Positions 1-9,491 of a stretch of DNA of 64,000 bases are shown in pieces. Below the pieces are notes generated by a model. That model was not told the DNA's origin. It saw only the letters and a list, made by a program, of their open reading frames with translations, and made no database searches. Both the position numbers and the translations under genes were made by a program. The DNA comes from a bacterium (GTDB lineage: Bacteria > SZUA-182 > DTGQ01 > JAFGSM01). Location: contig JBLIRN010000009.1 of NCBI GenBank assembly GCA_049472315.1, positions 1 to 64,000 of the forward strand, given 5' to 3'. How positions within the stretch are numbered: the stretch's first letter is position 1; each line of letters begins with the position of its first letter.

Positions 1-1727
1 AAGGGAAGTACAGTGCCGGGTATACACAGATCGGTGAACTGCTGATTCAGGAGGGACTCCTCACCCTGAACCAGCTCGAGCAGGGCTATGCCAAGCAAAA
101 GCGAACGGGTGAGAAGATCGGCGTCATCCTGGTCAACATGGGGGTCATTTCCGAGCAGGACCTGTTAAAGGCCCTCGCCAAGCAGCTCAACATCCAGTAT
201 GTGCCCCCATCCAGGCTCTCCGTGGTGGACCCGGACCTTGCCCGCATCATCCCCGAGCACGTGGCACGCAAGCACCTGGCGCTTGCCTTCAAGAAACTCA
301 CAACCGCCCTGATGGTGGTCATGGCCGATCCCTTCGATCTGCTGGCCATCGATGATATCCAGCGGGTGGTGGGCATGAACGTGCAGCCCGCCATCAGCTC
401 GGGCAAGGATATTGAAACGGCCATCACCCAGATCTTTACCCCGCGGGATGAGATAAAGATCCTGGAGGTCCTGAAGGACCTGCAATCAGCGCACCTGGAG
501 GTGGAGGAGAAGAGGGAGGAGGAGGGCCTGGACCTTGAAAGCGTGCGGCAGCAGGTCGAGGAGGCACCCATTGTCAAGCTCGTTGACTATATCATCTCCA
601 ACGCGATCACCAGGGCGGCCAGCGATGTGCACATCGAGCCGCGCGAGGACCACGTGCTGGTGCGCTATCGAATCGACGGGGTGCTGTACGAGGTGATATC
701 CCCGCCCAAGAATCTCCAGATGGCCATCATCTCCAGGATCAAGATCCTCTCCAACCTGGATATCGCCGAACGCAGGCTCCCCCAGGACGGCCGGTTCACC
801 ATCCGGTTCAACAATCGTGAGATCGATCTTCGCGTCTCGTGCGTACCGACCATATTCGGGGAAAAGATCGTGCTGAGGCTGCTGGAAAAGACCGCGTTCA
901 ACTTCCAGCTCGAGGAGCTGGGCCTGGACACCGGCCAGTTGGAGGTCTTCAAGCGCTACATGTACATGCCTTACGGTATGATACTGCTCACCGGACCCAC
1001 CGGAAGCGGCAAGTCCACCACCCTGTACGCCATGCTCTCCCGGATACGCTCCCCGGAGAAGAATATCATCACCATCGAGGACCCCGTGGAGTACCAGATA
1101 AACGGGATCAACCAGATCCAGGCGAATTTCAAGACCGGCTTCACCTTTGCAAACGGTTTGCGCGCGATCCTGCGCCAGGATCCCGACACGATCATGGTGG
1201 GAGAGATCAGGGACCTGGAGACCGCGGAGATCTCCATCCGCTCCGCGTTGACGGGCCACCTGGTGTTTTCCACGCTCCACACCAACGATGCCGTGGGGAC
1301 CGTGGTGCGGCTCATCAATATGGGGATCGAGCCCTTCCTGGTATGCAACTCCCTCACCCTGGCAGTGGCACAACGGCTGGTCCGGCGGATCTGCCCCCAG
1401 TGCCGTGAGGCCTATACCCCGAGCCCAGCCCTCCTTGACAGCCTCGGTCTCAAGATCGATCTGAGCGAAGAGATCATTTTCTATAGGGGGAAGGGGTGCG
1501 AGGCCTGCAACCAGACCGGTTACAAGGGGCGGGTGGGTATCTTCGAGATCATGGTGATGTCCCAGGAGATTCGGAACCTGATCCTCCAGAGCGCCCTTCC
1601 GAACGTCATCAAGCGCAAGGCGCTGGAAGGCGCCATGACCACGCTCCTGGAAAGCGGATTGAGAAAGGTCATTCAGGGGGTCACCTCCATCGATGAGGTG
1701 CTGAGCACCTGCGTGGAGGAAGAGTAA
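1..1727 (+). CDS. pilB: GspE/PilB-family assembly ATPase with N-terminal MshEN-like domain (5' partial, frame open to window edge)
   Basis: Walker A GPTGSGKS, Asp box TIEDPVE, LRQDPD...GEIRD, His box GHLVFSTLHTN, CPQC/CEAC Zn motif. The frame stays open upstream of ATG138 and reads QIGELLIQEGLL...KIGVILVNMGVI. Confidence 0.88.
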   Translation, partial: GKYSAGYTQIGELLIQEGLLTLNQLEQGYAKQKRTGEKIGVILVNMGVISEQDLLKALAKQLNIQYVPPSRLSVVDPDLARIIPEHVARKHLALAFKKLTTALMVVMADPFDLLAIDDIQRVVGMNVQPAISSGKDIETAITQIFTPRDEIKILEVLKDLQSAHLEVEEKREEEGLDLESVRQQVEEAPIVKLVDYIISNAITRAASDVHIEPREDHVLVRYRIDGVLYEVISPPKNLQMAIISRIKILSNLDIAERRLPQDGRFTIRFNNREIDLRVSCVPTIFGEKIVLRLLEKTAFNFQLEELGLDTGQLEVFKRYMYMPYGMILLTGPTGSGKSTTLYAMLSRIRSPEKNIITIEDPVEYQINGINQIQANFKTGFTFANGLRAILRQDPDTIMVGEIRDLETAEISIRSALTGHLVFSTLHTNDAVGTVVRLINMGIEPFLVCNSLTLAVAQRLVRRICPQCREAYTPSPALLDSLGLKIDLSEEIIFYRGKGCEACNQTGYKGRVGIFEIMVMSQEIRNLILQSALPNVIKRKALEGAMTTLLESGLRKVIQGVTSIDEVLSTCVEEE

Positions 1728-1806
1728 GCCGCACGTCCTGGAGAGCGCCCATTCGATTCGGGCCTTCTACCGATATAAATAGTGAGAAAGATTGATAAAA
1801 AGGGAC

Positions 1807-1834
1807 TTGATCCGTATGCGTTTCATGGTACAAT
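1807..1834 (+). promoter_or_regulatory. Candidate sigma70 promoter upstream of pilC
   Basis: TTGATC-N16-TACAAT with extended TG (TGGTACAAT). Confidence 0.45.
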
Positions 1835-1915
1835 ACAGGGGAATCTCTTCCCGCAGGCATCGAGAAGCTTCAATACAATTGGCGTTCACGGTAACGGAGC
1901 ATAAAGGGTTGAGGC

Positions 1916-3148
1916 GTGCCGTATTTCAGCTATAAGGCCCGCGAATTCAGCGGGCGGACCATCAGCGGGATCATCGAGGCGGAGAGCGAGGAGGCGTTGC
2001 TCGAGCGGCTTCACCGGCGCAATGCCGTCCCCCTGTCGGTGACCCGGAGCGACGAGCCGTTCGTGAAAAGCCCGCTTATGGAAAATGTCAGGATGGGGAT
2101 GCGGCGGTTCGGCTCCAGTATCAGGCTCCAGGATCTCCTCATGTTCACCAATCAGCTCGCCGCCATGTTCGGCTCGGGCATCTCCATCTCTAAGAGCATA
2201 CAATCCATCGCGGTTGATACCCGGAACAAGTCGCTTCAGGGGGTGATCACGGATATCTACCGTTCGATCGAGGCGGGGGATGATCTCTCCCAGGCCATGT
2301 CCCGCCATCCCGCGGTATTCGATGACCTGTACGTAAACCTTATCCGCTCCGGAGAGGTGAGCGGTACGCTTGCCATCATCCTCCCCCAGCTCGCGTCCTA
2401 CCTTGAAAAATCGATCGAGATCAGGGGAAAGCTGAAGGCGGCGGTATTCTATCCGCTCACCATCATCTGCTTCGCCATCCTGGTGATCTCCTCCCTGATC
2501 ATCTTCATCGTTCCCAAATTCGAGGTCATATACGAGCGGCTCAAGGCACCGCTTCCCCTCCCCACCAGGATCCTCCTGGTAGGAAGCACCCTGCTGCGGG
2601 AGCACTTCATACTGATCGTTCTCGGGCTGGTGGGGGTGTTTGCATGCGCCTATCTCCTCTTGCAGACAAGACGGATACGGATATGGTGGGACAAGACAAA
2701 ACTGCGATTCCCCATCATCGGTCCCATCCTGCTCAAGGGGACGCTCTCCAAGTTTGCGAAGACCCTCTCGGTGTTACTCCACAGCGGTATGCCCATCATT
2801 CAATCGATTCAGATCGTGTCCGATTCGGTGGGGAACCAGTATCTGAAGGAGGTGCTCGATGTCTCCACGGTGGACATCCAGAAGGGGGCATCCGTATCGC
2901 AGGCGTTTTCCGGGTCCGGGGCCTTTCCCGATCTTATCATACAGATGATCTCCACCGGTGAGGAATCGGGTACCCTCAACATCATGCTGGAGAAAACCGC
3001 CGATTTCTACCAGCAGCAGGTCAGCAGTTCCGTATCCGCACTCACCTCGATTATAGAGCCGTTATTGATCATCGTCATCGGAGTTATCGTCGCATTCATA
3101 GCAATTTCCATATTTTTGCCGATCTTTAAAATGGGGGGTGTACTCTGA
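1916..3148 (+). CDS. pilC: Type II secretion/type IV pilus inner-membrane platform protein (GspF/PilC)
   Basis: 410 aa, two GspF repeats (LIRSGEVSGTL, MISTGEESGTL), three TM helices, C-terminal IFLPIF, downstream of pilB. Confidence 0.9.
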   Translation: MPYFSYKAREFSGRTISGIIEAESEEALLERLHRRNAVPLSVTRSDEPFVKSPLMENVRMGMRRFGSSIRLQDLLMFTNQLAAMFGSGISISKSIQSIAVDTRNKSLQGVITDIYRSIEAGDDLSQAMSRHPAVFDDLYVNLIRSGEVSGTLAIILPQLASYLEKSIEIRGKLKAAVFYPLTIICFAILVISSLIIFIVPKFEVIYERLKAPLPLPTRILLVGSTLLREHFILIVLGLVGVFACAYLLLQTRRIRIWWDKTKLRFPIIGPILLKGTLSKFAKTLSVLLHSGMPIIQSIQIVSDSVGNQYLKEVLDVSTVDIQKGASVSQAFSGSGAFPDLIIQMISTGEESGTLNIMLEKTADFYQQQVSSSVSALTSIIEPLLIIVIGVIVAFIAISIFLPIFKMGGVL

Positions 3149-3180
3149 GCGATTTTTTCGAAGAGGGGTTATAGAGAGTC

Positions 3181-3504
3181 ATGGTGGAATTCAAAAAATT
3201 TGCCGCCAAGGCAAGAAAGGATAACGTCAATGTCCTCATGTACGTTGACGGATATAAGATCCTGGGTACCGTGTACCTCCCCTTAGGGGGACGGCTGACG
3301 GATTTCTTGAACACAAAGGGGCTTGGTGCGGAAGGGGAGATCTTCATCCCGGTCACCGATGCCAGCATATTCTCAATCGATGATGGCAGCCTCATTCACT
3401 ATACACCTTTTCTCAATGTCAATAAGGACAAAATCCTTTTTATCTTTCCGCAGGAGGAGATCACCAAGGAGAAAGGACTTGACACTAAAAGTAAAATGCC
3501 ATAG
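3181..3504 (+). CDS. Small conserved beta-rich hypothetical protein (DUF6812-like)
   Basis: 107 aa; pattern G.I.G.VYL..GGRLTDFLN...FIPVTDA...FL.VNKD.ILF recalled from this family. Confidence 0.6.
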   Translation: MVEFKKFAAKARKDNVNVLMYVDGYKILGTVYLPLGGRLTDFLNTKGLGAEGEIFIPVTDASIFSIDDGSLIHYTPFLNVNKDKILFIFPQEEITKEKGLDTKSKMP

Positions 3505-3529
3505 GATCAGGGGAAAACGGGGACCAGCT

Positions 3530-4312
3530 ATGAACAAAAACATACAGAGAGTTTTCGGCATTGCAGTCATTATCGGGTTGGTGTCGTTTTTGGGATGTCA
3601 GACCAATGGTGTGAAAGAGACCGTCCAACGGAATCTGGATGATCTGCAGAAGCAGATTTTCGAGATCCAGCAAGACCAGGCATACCTCAATACCAAGGTG
3701 GAGCAAACCACTGCCCAGCTCACCAGCATCAATGAGCGAATCGGCGATCAGGACAAGAAATTGGACGATTTCCTGGTGGTGCGGAAGGAAACCATGGGTT
3801 ATGCTCCTCCCCCCCAGGTGACCGCGGCCCCTTCACCTCCGGTCCCAGTCACGCCTCAGCCCATAAAGGAGAAACGGGTGGAGCCTCCTCCTCAGCCTAA
3901 GGAGCAGGCGAGGCCTGCCGGCAGCCCCTCGAAGCTGTATACCAATGCGCTCGATCTGGTCAGGTCCGGCAGGATAGACGATGCGGTCCCCTTGCTTCAG
4001 CTCTATCTCGAAGAGTATCCAAGGACAGAGCTGGCTGACAATGCCCTCTACTGGCTGGGAGAGTGTTACTATAAGAAGACCGAATACAATAAGGCAATCG
4101 GCGAATTCAAGAGGATTCTGTCCGAATATCCGGCGGGAAATAAGGTTCCGGCAGCTCTTCTCAAGATGGGGTTCTCCTACCAGGAACTTCAGCAAACACC
4201 GCAGGCCCTCGAATCGTATCAAAGGATCGTCAAGGATTTTCCAAACGATCCCGTCTATCCTATGGCTCAAAAGAGAATAGACCTGATTTTGTCAGAGAGG
4301 GTGAACCCATGA
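3530..4312 (+). CDS. cpoB: Tol-Pal coordinator CpoB/YbgF-like lipoprotein
   Basis: Start moved to ATG3530 (MNKNIQR); lipobox FLGC, coiled coil, Pro-rich linker, TPR with LADNALYWLGE and GNKVPAALLKMG. Confidence 0.8.
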   Translation: MNKNIQRVFGIAVIIGLVSFLGCQTNGVKETVQRNLDDLQKQIFEIQQDQAYLNTKVEQTTAQLTSINERIGDQDKKLDDFLVVRKETMGYAPPPQVTAAPSPPVPVTPQPIKEKRVEPPPQPKEQARPAGSPSKLYTNALDLVRSGRIDDAVPLLQLYLEEYPRTELADNALYWLGECYYKKTEYNKAIGEFKRILSEYPAGNKVPAALLKMGFSYQELQQTPQALESYQRIVKDFPNDPVYPMAQKRIDLILSERVNP

Positions 4313-5442
4313 GGCACAGATCTCCGTGTGAACGTATCCGAAGCGGCATTGCAATCATCGCCTGTGTGGCAGTCTGCGCCTCCGTCGTCCTTCTTCCTGC
4401 CTCTCCGGTCGTCGCTCAGGAGATTCTCCCTGTTTCCGATATCTATATCGTGACCGGGGGGGACACCCTCTGGAATATCTCCGCTCAGTTTCTGGGGGAT
4501 CCTTATCTGTGGCCGGCGCTGTGGCAGATCAACCCCCACATCAAGGACCCTCACTGGATATTTCCGGGCGAGATCGTCAACCTCAGAAGGATTCCCTCGT
4601 CCACGTATGCCCTGACCCCGGTACCCCCCCCACCGGCGGAGGAGAAGCCCTCGGTCAAGGTTGTCACCACGGAACCGTCAACAAAGGCCAAGGCCCCGGT
4701 GACCCCGGAGATTGTTACGACACCTGAGAGGCGTGAGCCGATGTTTGCCGCCTCCCAGGAAAAGATAGACAGTTGCAGCTTCCTCATCCCCCAAAAGGAG
4801 TTTCATGATCGGAAACGGTATGAAGATTGGGGCAGCATCGTAGACAGCAAGGAAAAAAAGATCAGCCTCAGCTACCTCGACAACATCTATATCGACCGGG
4901 GCAAGGGCAAGGTCGTCCCCGGACAGGTTCTCACGATCTTCCGGATAGCCAGGGAATTGGACGACAACAAATGGCTCCAAGACCCCTATTACATGGTAAA
5001 GGTCCTGGGAAAGGCAGAGGTCGTGGAGGTGCTCGATGACTTGAGCCTTGCCACAATCACCAAGTCCTATTCCGAAATCAACGAGGGAGACATGGTAAAG
5101 CCCTACGAGTCCATGCCGAGGCCCCTGATCACCCCGCCCAGGATGACGGACCTGGAGGGAGAGATCATCGAGTCGGAAAGCAAAAAAACCGACCTTTCCC
5201 AGTATGACATCGTCTTCCTCAACATAGGAAAGGCCGACGGCATAGAACCAGGAAATCCCTTTCAAATTTACCGTTTTGACAGCGTCAAAGCCGGTCCTGC
5301 AAAAAGCGATGTAAAGAGCCTGGTCAGACCTCTGGGAGAGCTCCTTGTCCTGCGCAGAGAGGAGCGGACCGCAACCGCCCTCATCACCAAAAGCCTCCTG
5401 CCCATAGCGGAGGGTGACCGGATAAGGGTCCTTCAAAACTAA
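4309..5442 (+). CDS. LysM peptidoglycan-binding protein, TsaP-like (type IV pilus secretin-associated)
   Basis: Signal peptide, LysM YIVTGGDTLWNIS...WPALWQINPHIKDPHWIFPG, C-terminal beta domains (VFLNIGKADGIEPG); ATGA overlap with upstream gene. Confidence 0.8.
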   Translation: MRHRSPCERIRSGIAIIACVAVCASVVLLPASPVVAQEILPVSDIYIVTGGDTLWNISAQFLGDPYLWPALWQINPHIKDPHWIFPGEIVNLRRIPSSTYALTPVPPPPAEEKPSVKVVTTEPSTKAKAPVTPEIVTTPERREPMFAASQEKIDSCSFLIPQKEFHDRKRYEDWGSIVDSKEKKISLSYLDNIYIDRGKGKVVPGQVLTIFRIARELDDNKWLQDPYYMVKVLGKAEVVEVLDDLSLATITKSYSEINEGDMVKPYESMPRPLITPPRMTDLEGEIIESESKKTDLSQYDIVFLNIGKADGIEPGNPFQIYRFDSVKAGPAKSDVKSLVRPLGELLVLRREERTATALITKSLLPIAEGDRIRVLQN

Positions 5443-5635
5443 CGGGCTATTGTCCGGTTCCCTGTTCCACCGTCACTATCCTGGATTACCCGGATAAAAC
5501 CATACCAGAATGGATCGTTGAGAGAGGTAGTGCCTGCGCGGGTAGAAACGTGCCGAAACACTTCTTGGGCTTAGGGAAATGCGGCGTATGCAGCGAATGG
5601 AAAAAACAGGATGCAGGCACGGGTGGCCGGAGGGA

Positions 5636-6760
5636 TCAGTGAAGTTCCCGCGCCTTTTTCGTGTCCCCTATCGGTGAGAGGGAAACCCGGTTCCGCCCCC
5701 TGGCCTTTCCCGCGTACAGGGCCATATCGGCAAATTCGATGAGTTCGTCGCAGGAGAGCGCATCCTCAGGATAGGTCCCCATCCCGATGGTAATCGTCAA
5801 TGTGCTGCCGTCACCGTTACCCGCCTTGCCTTCCCGTGGGATGAAGGCATGCGACATGAGCCTGTTTCGAATCCGTTCCGCAAGGATCTTGCTTCCCGCC
5901 TTTTCCGTTTCCGGAAGGAGCATCAGGAACTCGTCCCCCCCGTACCGGGCGACGATGTCGGCATGTCGAGCGAGTGAATTCAGGATATCGGCCACCTGTC
6001 GCAGGGCACAGTCCCCTTCGAGGTGTCCGAAACGGTCGTTGAAGCGCTTGAAGTGGTCAAGGTCCAGCATGATCAAGGAGACGTTCCGTCCATACCGTTG
6101 GGCCCGCTTAATCTCCTTGTGGGCCATCTCGAAGAAATAACGCCGGTTGAAGAGCCCGGTGAGGTCGTCCCGATGCGAGAGTTCCTGGGTCCGTTCATAC
6201 AGCCAGGCATTTTCTATGGCCATGGAGGCGTGTTCTGCAATACCCGCATAGAAGCCCATTTCGGATTCGGACAGGGCCTCCGGATGCTGCTTGTATACAT
6301 TCAGGACACCGATTACTTGGGACTGATGCCCGATGAGGGGAAGCCCCAGGTACGACCCCTTATGGATTGTCTTGTTGGTGGCCTGTGAGAACTCCTCGTT
6401 TGTGCTTACATCCATGATCAGTTTGGGCCTTTTGGTCAGGGCTATGGTGCCGAAAAGCCCTTCGCCTATGCGGCACTCCTTGACAAAGCAGGATTCATCA
6501 CCGGAAGCGACCTTGGTGACAAGGCTATTGTGTTCCTCGTCAATGATCATGAGGGAGTACATGTCAACCTGCAGGGCATGGTGAACGAGTTCCACCGTCC
6601 TGGAGAAGACCTCGTCGAGGCTAAGCGTCGACCCCAGGGTCTTGCTGATATGGTGAAGCGTATAGAGCTCCAAGACCTTCTGATGAAGGATCTTATTGGC
6701 CCTCTCCAACTCCAGGAGTCGCTCATGATTGGCGGCATCGCTGTGTTCCATATACCCCAC
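5636..6760 (-). CDS. GAF-GGDEF diguanylate cyclase
   Basis: DDLTGLFNRR, DLDHFKRFNDRFGH, I-site RHAD five residues before intact GGDEF; GAF domain upstream. Confidence 0.92.
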   Translation of the reverse strand: MGYMEHSDAANHERLLELERANKILHQKVLELYTLHHISKTLGSTLSLDEVFSRTVELVHHALQVDMYSLMIIDEEHNSLVTKVASGDESCFVKECRIGEGLFGTIALTKRPKLIMDVSTNEEFSQATNKTIHKGSYLGLPLIGHQSQVIGVLNVYKQHPEALSESEMGFYAGIAEHASMAIENAWLYERTQELSHRDDLTGLFNRRYFFEMAHKEIKRAQRYGRNVSLIMLDLDHFKRFNDRFGHLEGDCALRQVADILNSLARHADIVARYGGDEFLMLLPETEKAGSKILAERIRNRLMSHAFIPREGKAGNGDGSTLTITIGMGTYPEDALSCDELIEFADMALYAGKARGRNRVSLSPIGDTKKARELH

Positions 6761-6769
6761 ACTCCCTTC

Positions 6770-8761
6770 CTATTCCGTCTCCTTCTCTACCACTTCTTCC
6801 TGTTCTTCCTGCTTGGCAAACTGCTCACGCCAAACCTGGATGAACGCATCCACCACCTTGGGATCAAACTGGGTCCCGGCGCACTTTCTGAGCTCCTCGA
6901 TGGCCTTTTCCGGGCTTTGTGCCTTGCGGTAGGGGCGGTCGGAGGTCATCGCATCATAGGAATCCGCCACCGAGAGTATCTTGGTCTCGAGGGATATGTG
7001 CGACGGCCCCAAGCCATCCGGATACCCCTTGCCATCGTGCCTTTCGTGATGATGGCGAATGCCGTCCTTTACGTCCTTCAAAAAATCGATGTGATCGATG
7101 ATGCGGCATCCTATCTGGGAATGTTCCCGAATGATCAGCATCTCGTCCGCAGTCAGATCAACGGTCTTGTGCAGAATATTCAGGCTCACCCCAATCTTGC
7201 CTACGTCGTGGAGAATGCCTGCATGCCTGATTACCTCTTGGCTCTTTTCAGTCAAATTGAGATGCTTGCCGACGGCGAGGGCAAGCTTGGTAACGCGTTC
7301 CGAATGACCGAAGGTATAAGGATCCTTGGCCTCTATCGCATTTACCAGCGCTGTGATGGCATCGAAATAGCTCTTCTTGAGCGCGTTGTAAAGATTGGAA
7401 TTCTCGAGTGCCACCGCAGCCTCACAAGATATAGTCGTTAAAAGCTCCAGATCGCTTACGGAAAAGCCCCTCTCATCCTTTCGGTCGATCATTCCGATGA
7501 TCCCGATGACCTTTCCCTTCGCCTGCAGGGGCACATAGAGAACCGTGCGCGGTGTATATGTTCCGTCCCCGTCGCCGAAGCGTCCGTCCGCCTTGAAATC
7601 GGGCAGGAGCAGCGACTTGCCGCTCTCGTACACATGCTGGGAAATTGCCCGATTGATGGAATTCTCCCAGAACTCCTTGTCATGCCCCCCATTGGTGATA
7701 TATTTCAATTCCAGTCCTTCCCCATCCTTTCGTTTGACCATCATCAATCCCACCTGGGCATTGAGTATCTTGGTGGACATCTGAAGGATCGATTCGAGAA
7801 GCTTTTCGATATCCAGGACTGAATTGATCTCCTTACCGATGTTGTTGAGGGTGGTCAGTATGTCGAGGGTTCGCTGAAGCACCCGGTTCTGTTCCTCGAT
7901 CTGGTGCTTGTACTTCAATTCCTCCTCGGCCTTGACCAGTGCCTTCTGTTTCTTGAGTGTATCCTCGTGGAGGGAATTCATCTCATCCACCATGAAATTA
8001 AAGGTATTTCCCAGGCGGCCTATTTCATCCGCCGTGCTTATCTCCGCACGGGCCCGCCAATCCCCCTTTCTCACCAGATCCATCGTCTTCATCAGTTTCC
8101 GGATGGGGTGATCCACGAGACGGGTGAGGATGAAATAGATGGATATGGAGATCAGGGCAAGGGTGAAAATGGCGGAAATGACCATGAAGGCCCTCGTCGC
8201 GATGATGGGTACCGCCATCCATGCAATGGAGAGGTTTACATCGAGGATGCCCATGATATTGACATCCGGCATGTGACATTCATAGCACGGGGGCTTTCCC
8301 ACTATGGGCTTGAGCATGGAAACACGTTTTTTATCAAAATCGAACCGCACGATCTGCCGCTCACCCTCCTTGACGCGACTCAGATCGGGGAGGGATAATG
8401 TCTGGCCCTCTTCACTGACCTTTGAGGACACCATGATAAGCCCATCCTCGGTCACGATCCGGAGATCGCGCATATCGCTCTGCGAACCGATGGTGCTCAG
8501 GAGGTCCCGCACATCCTCATGTTTTCCGATGAGCATTGAATGGACGATGCTGTTTTCAATGGTCTCGGTCAAAAGGATGATCCTGCGGCGGGAATTCTCC
8601 AGGAATTGGCTGGTCTGCATATACACGGAGATATACGTCGAAACCCCGATCCAGATAATCAGTATCATGACCATCATCATGATGACCTTGATGTAGAGGC
8701 GACTCCTCAACGACTCAAGAAAGGAAAGGTGCGAAAGGCCAAAAGACCTTTTTGTGGACAT
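6770..8761 (-). CDS. Membrane c-di-GMP phosphodiesterase: periplasmic CxxCH sensor, HAMP, GAF, HD-GYP
   Basis: Two TM helices flank CYECH; HAMP (PIRKL...DEIGRLGNTFN); GAF; EAKDPYTFGHSERV, HDVGK, HHHERHDGKGYP. Confidence 0.9.
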   Translation of the reverse strand: MSTKRSFGLSHLSFLESLRSRLYIKVIMMMVMILIIWIGVSTYISVYMQTSQFLENSRRRIILLTETIENSIVHSMLIGKHEDVRDLLSTIGSQSDMRDLRIVTEDGLIMVSSKVSEEGQTLSLPDLSRVKEGERQIVRFDFDKKRVSMLKPIVGKPPCYECHMPDVNIMGILDVNLSIAWMAVPIIATRAFMVISAIFTLALISISIYFILTRLVDHPIRKLMKTMDLVRKGDWRARAEISTADEIGRLGNTFNFMVDEMNSLHEDTLKKQKALVKAEEELKYKHQIEEQNRVLQRTLDILTTLNNIGKEINSVLDIEKLLESILQMSTKILNAQVGLMMVKRKDGEGLELKYITNGGHDKEFWENSINRAISQHVYESGKSLLLPDFKADGRFGDGDGTYTPRTVLYVPLQAKGKVIGIIGMIDRKDERGFSVSDLELLTTISCEAAVALENSNLYNALKKSYFDAITALVNAIEAKDPYTFGHSERVTKLALAVGKHLNLTEKSQEVIRHAGILHDVGKIGVSLNILHKTVDLTADEMLIIREHSQIGCRIIDHIDFLKDVKDGIRHHHERHDGKGYPDGLGPSHISLETKILSVADSYDAMTSDRPYRKAQSPEKAIEELRKCAGTQFDPKVVDAFIQVWREQFAKQEEQEEVVEKETE

Positions 8762-8898
8762 AATACATACTCCTTTATATACAAATACTCGGGACCCTTG
8801 TGAGGGTCCCTTAACAGAAACTAAACCCTCAGCGTATATTATCGGCTTTTGAAAGTCAATAAACTGATTTTACACTATTCACGCCGTTTGCGCGATGT

Positions 8899-8927
8899 TT
8901 GACATTCACGGGAGAGAAAACTATACT
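8899..8927 (+). promoter_or_regulatory. sigma70 promoter for HIT-lapA-lapB-mutS
   Basis: TTGACA-N17-TATACT. Confidence 0.7.
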
Positions 8928-8977
8928 GTAACAACCAAAATGGCATATATTTTCCCTTCTAAAATCAATGATTGCGT

Positions 8978-9469
8978 ATGAATACGATTTGGGCGCCATG
9001 GCGCATGGAGTATATCCAGACAGAACCATTATCGGGGTGTCTTTTCTGTCGAAAATATTCAGAGGGAAGGGACGAGGAGAATTACATCCTCCACCGGAGC
9101 GAGCTGAGTTTTGTGTTGTTGAACCTCTATCCTTACAATAACGGCCATCTGATGATTGCGCCAAGGAGGCATGTGGGGGCGCTGACGGAACTCCGCTCGG
9201 AGGAGATTCTCGACCTGATGGGCCTTGTCCAGAAGGGGGTAAGGGTGTTATCCACGACCTGTCGACCGGAGGGTTTCAATATCGGACTCAATCTTGGAAG
9301 TGTTGCGGGCGCGGGGATTACTGATCACATTCATGTTCATGTTGTCCCGCGATGGCAGGGTGATACCAATTTTATGCCGGTGCTTGCCGATACAAAGGTC
9401 ATGCCCCAGCACCTCAAGAAGACCTTCGACACCCTTTTACCGGGATTCGAGGCAGATGAAACAAAATAA
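8978..9469 (+). CDS. HIT-family hydrolase (Ap4A hydrolase/phosphorylase-like)
   Basis: WAPWRMEYI, CLFC, NLYPYNNGH, histidine triad HIHVHVVPRW. Confidence 0.9.
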   Translation: MNTIWAPWRMEYIQTEPLSGCLFCRKYSEGRDEENYILHRSELSFVLLNLYPYNNGHLMIAPRRHVGALTELRSEEILDLMGLVQKGVRVLSTTCRPEGFNIGLNLGSVAGAGITDHIHVHVVPRWQGDTNFMPVLADTKVMPQHLKKTFDTLLPGFEADETK

Positions 9470-9491
9470 AAGTCCGATAGGAGATGGTCCG

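Noticed and set aside
3323..3529. ORF-track N-terminal extensions (cpoB from 3323; also 9294, 9694, 23305, 44485, 57093, 61783)
   Set aside because: They overlap upstream genes or lack family similarity; downstream starts fit signal peptides, RBSs and family lengths better.
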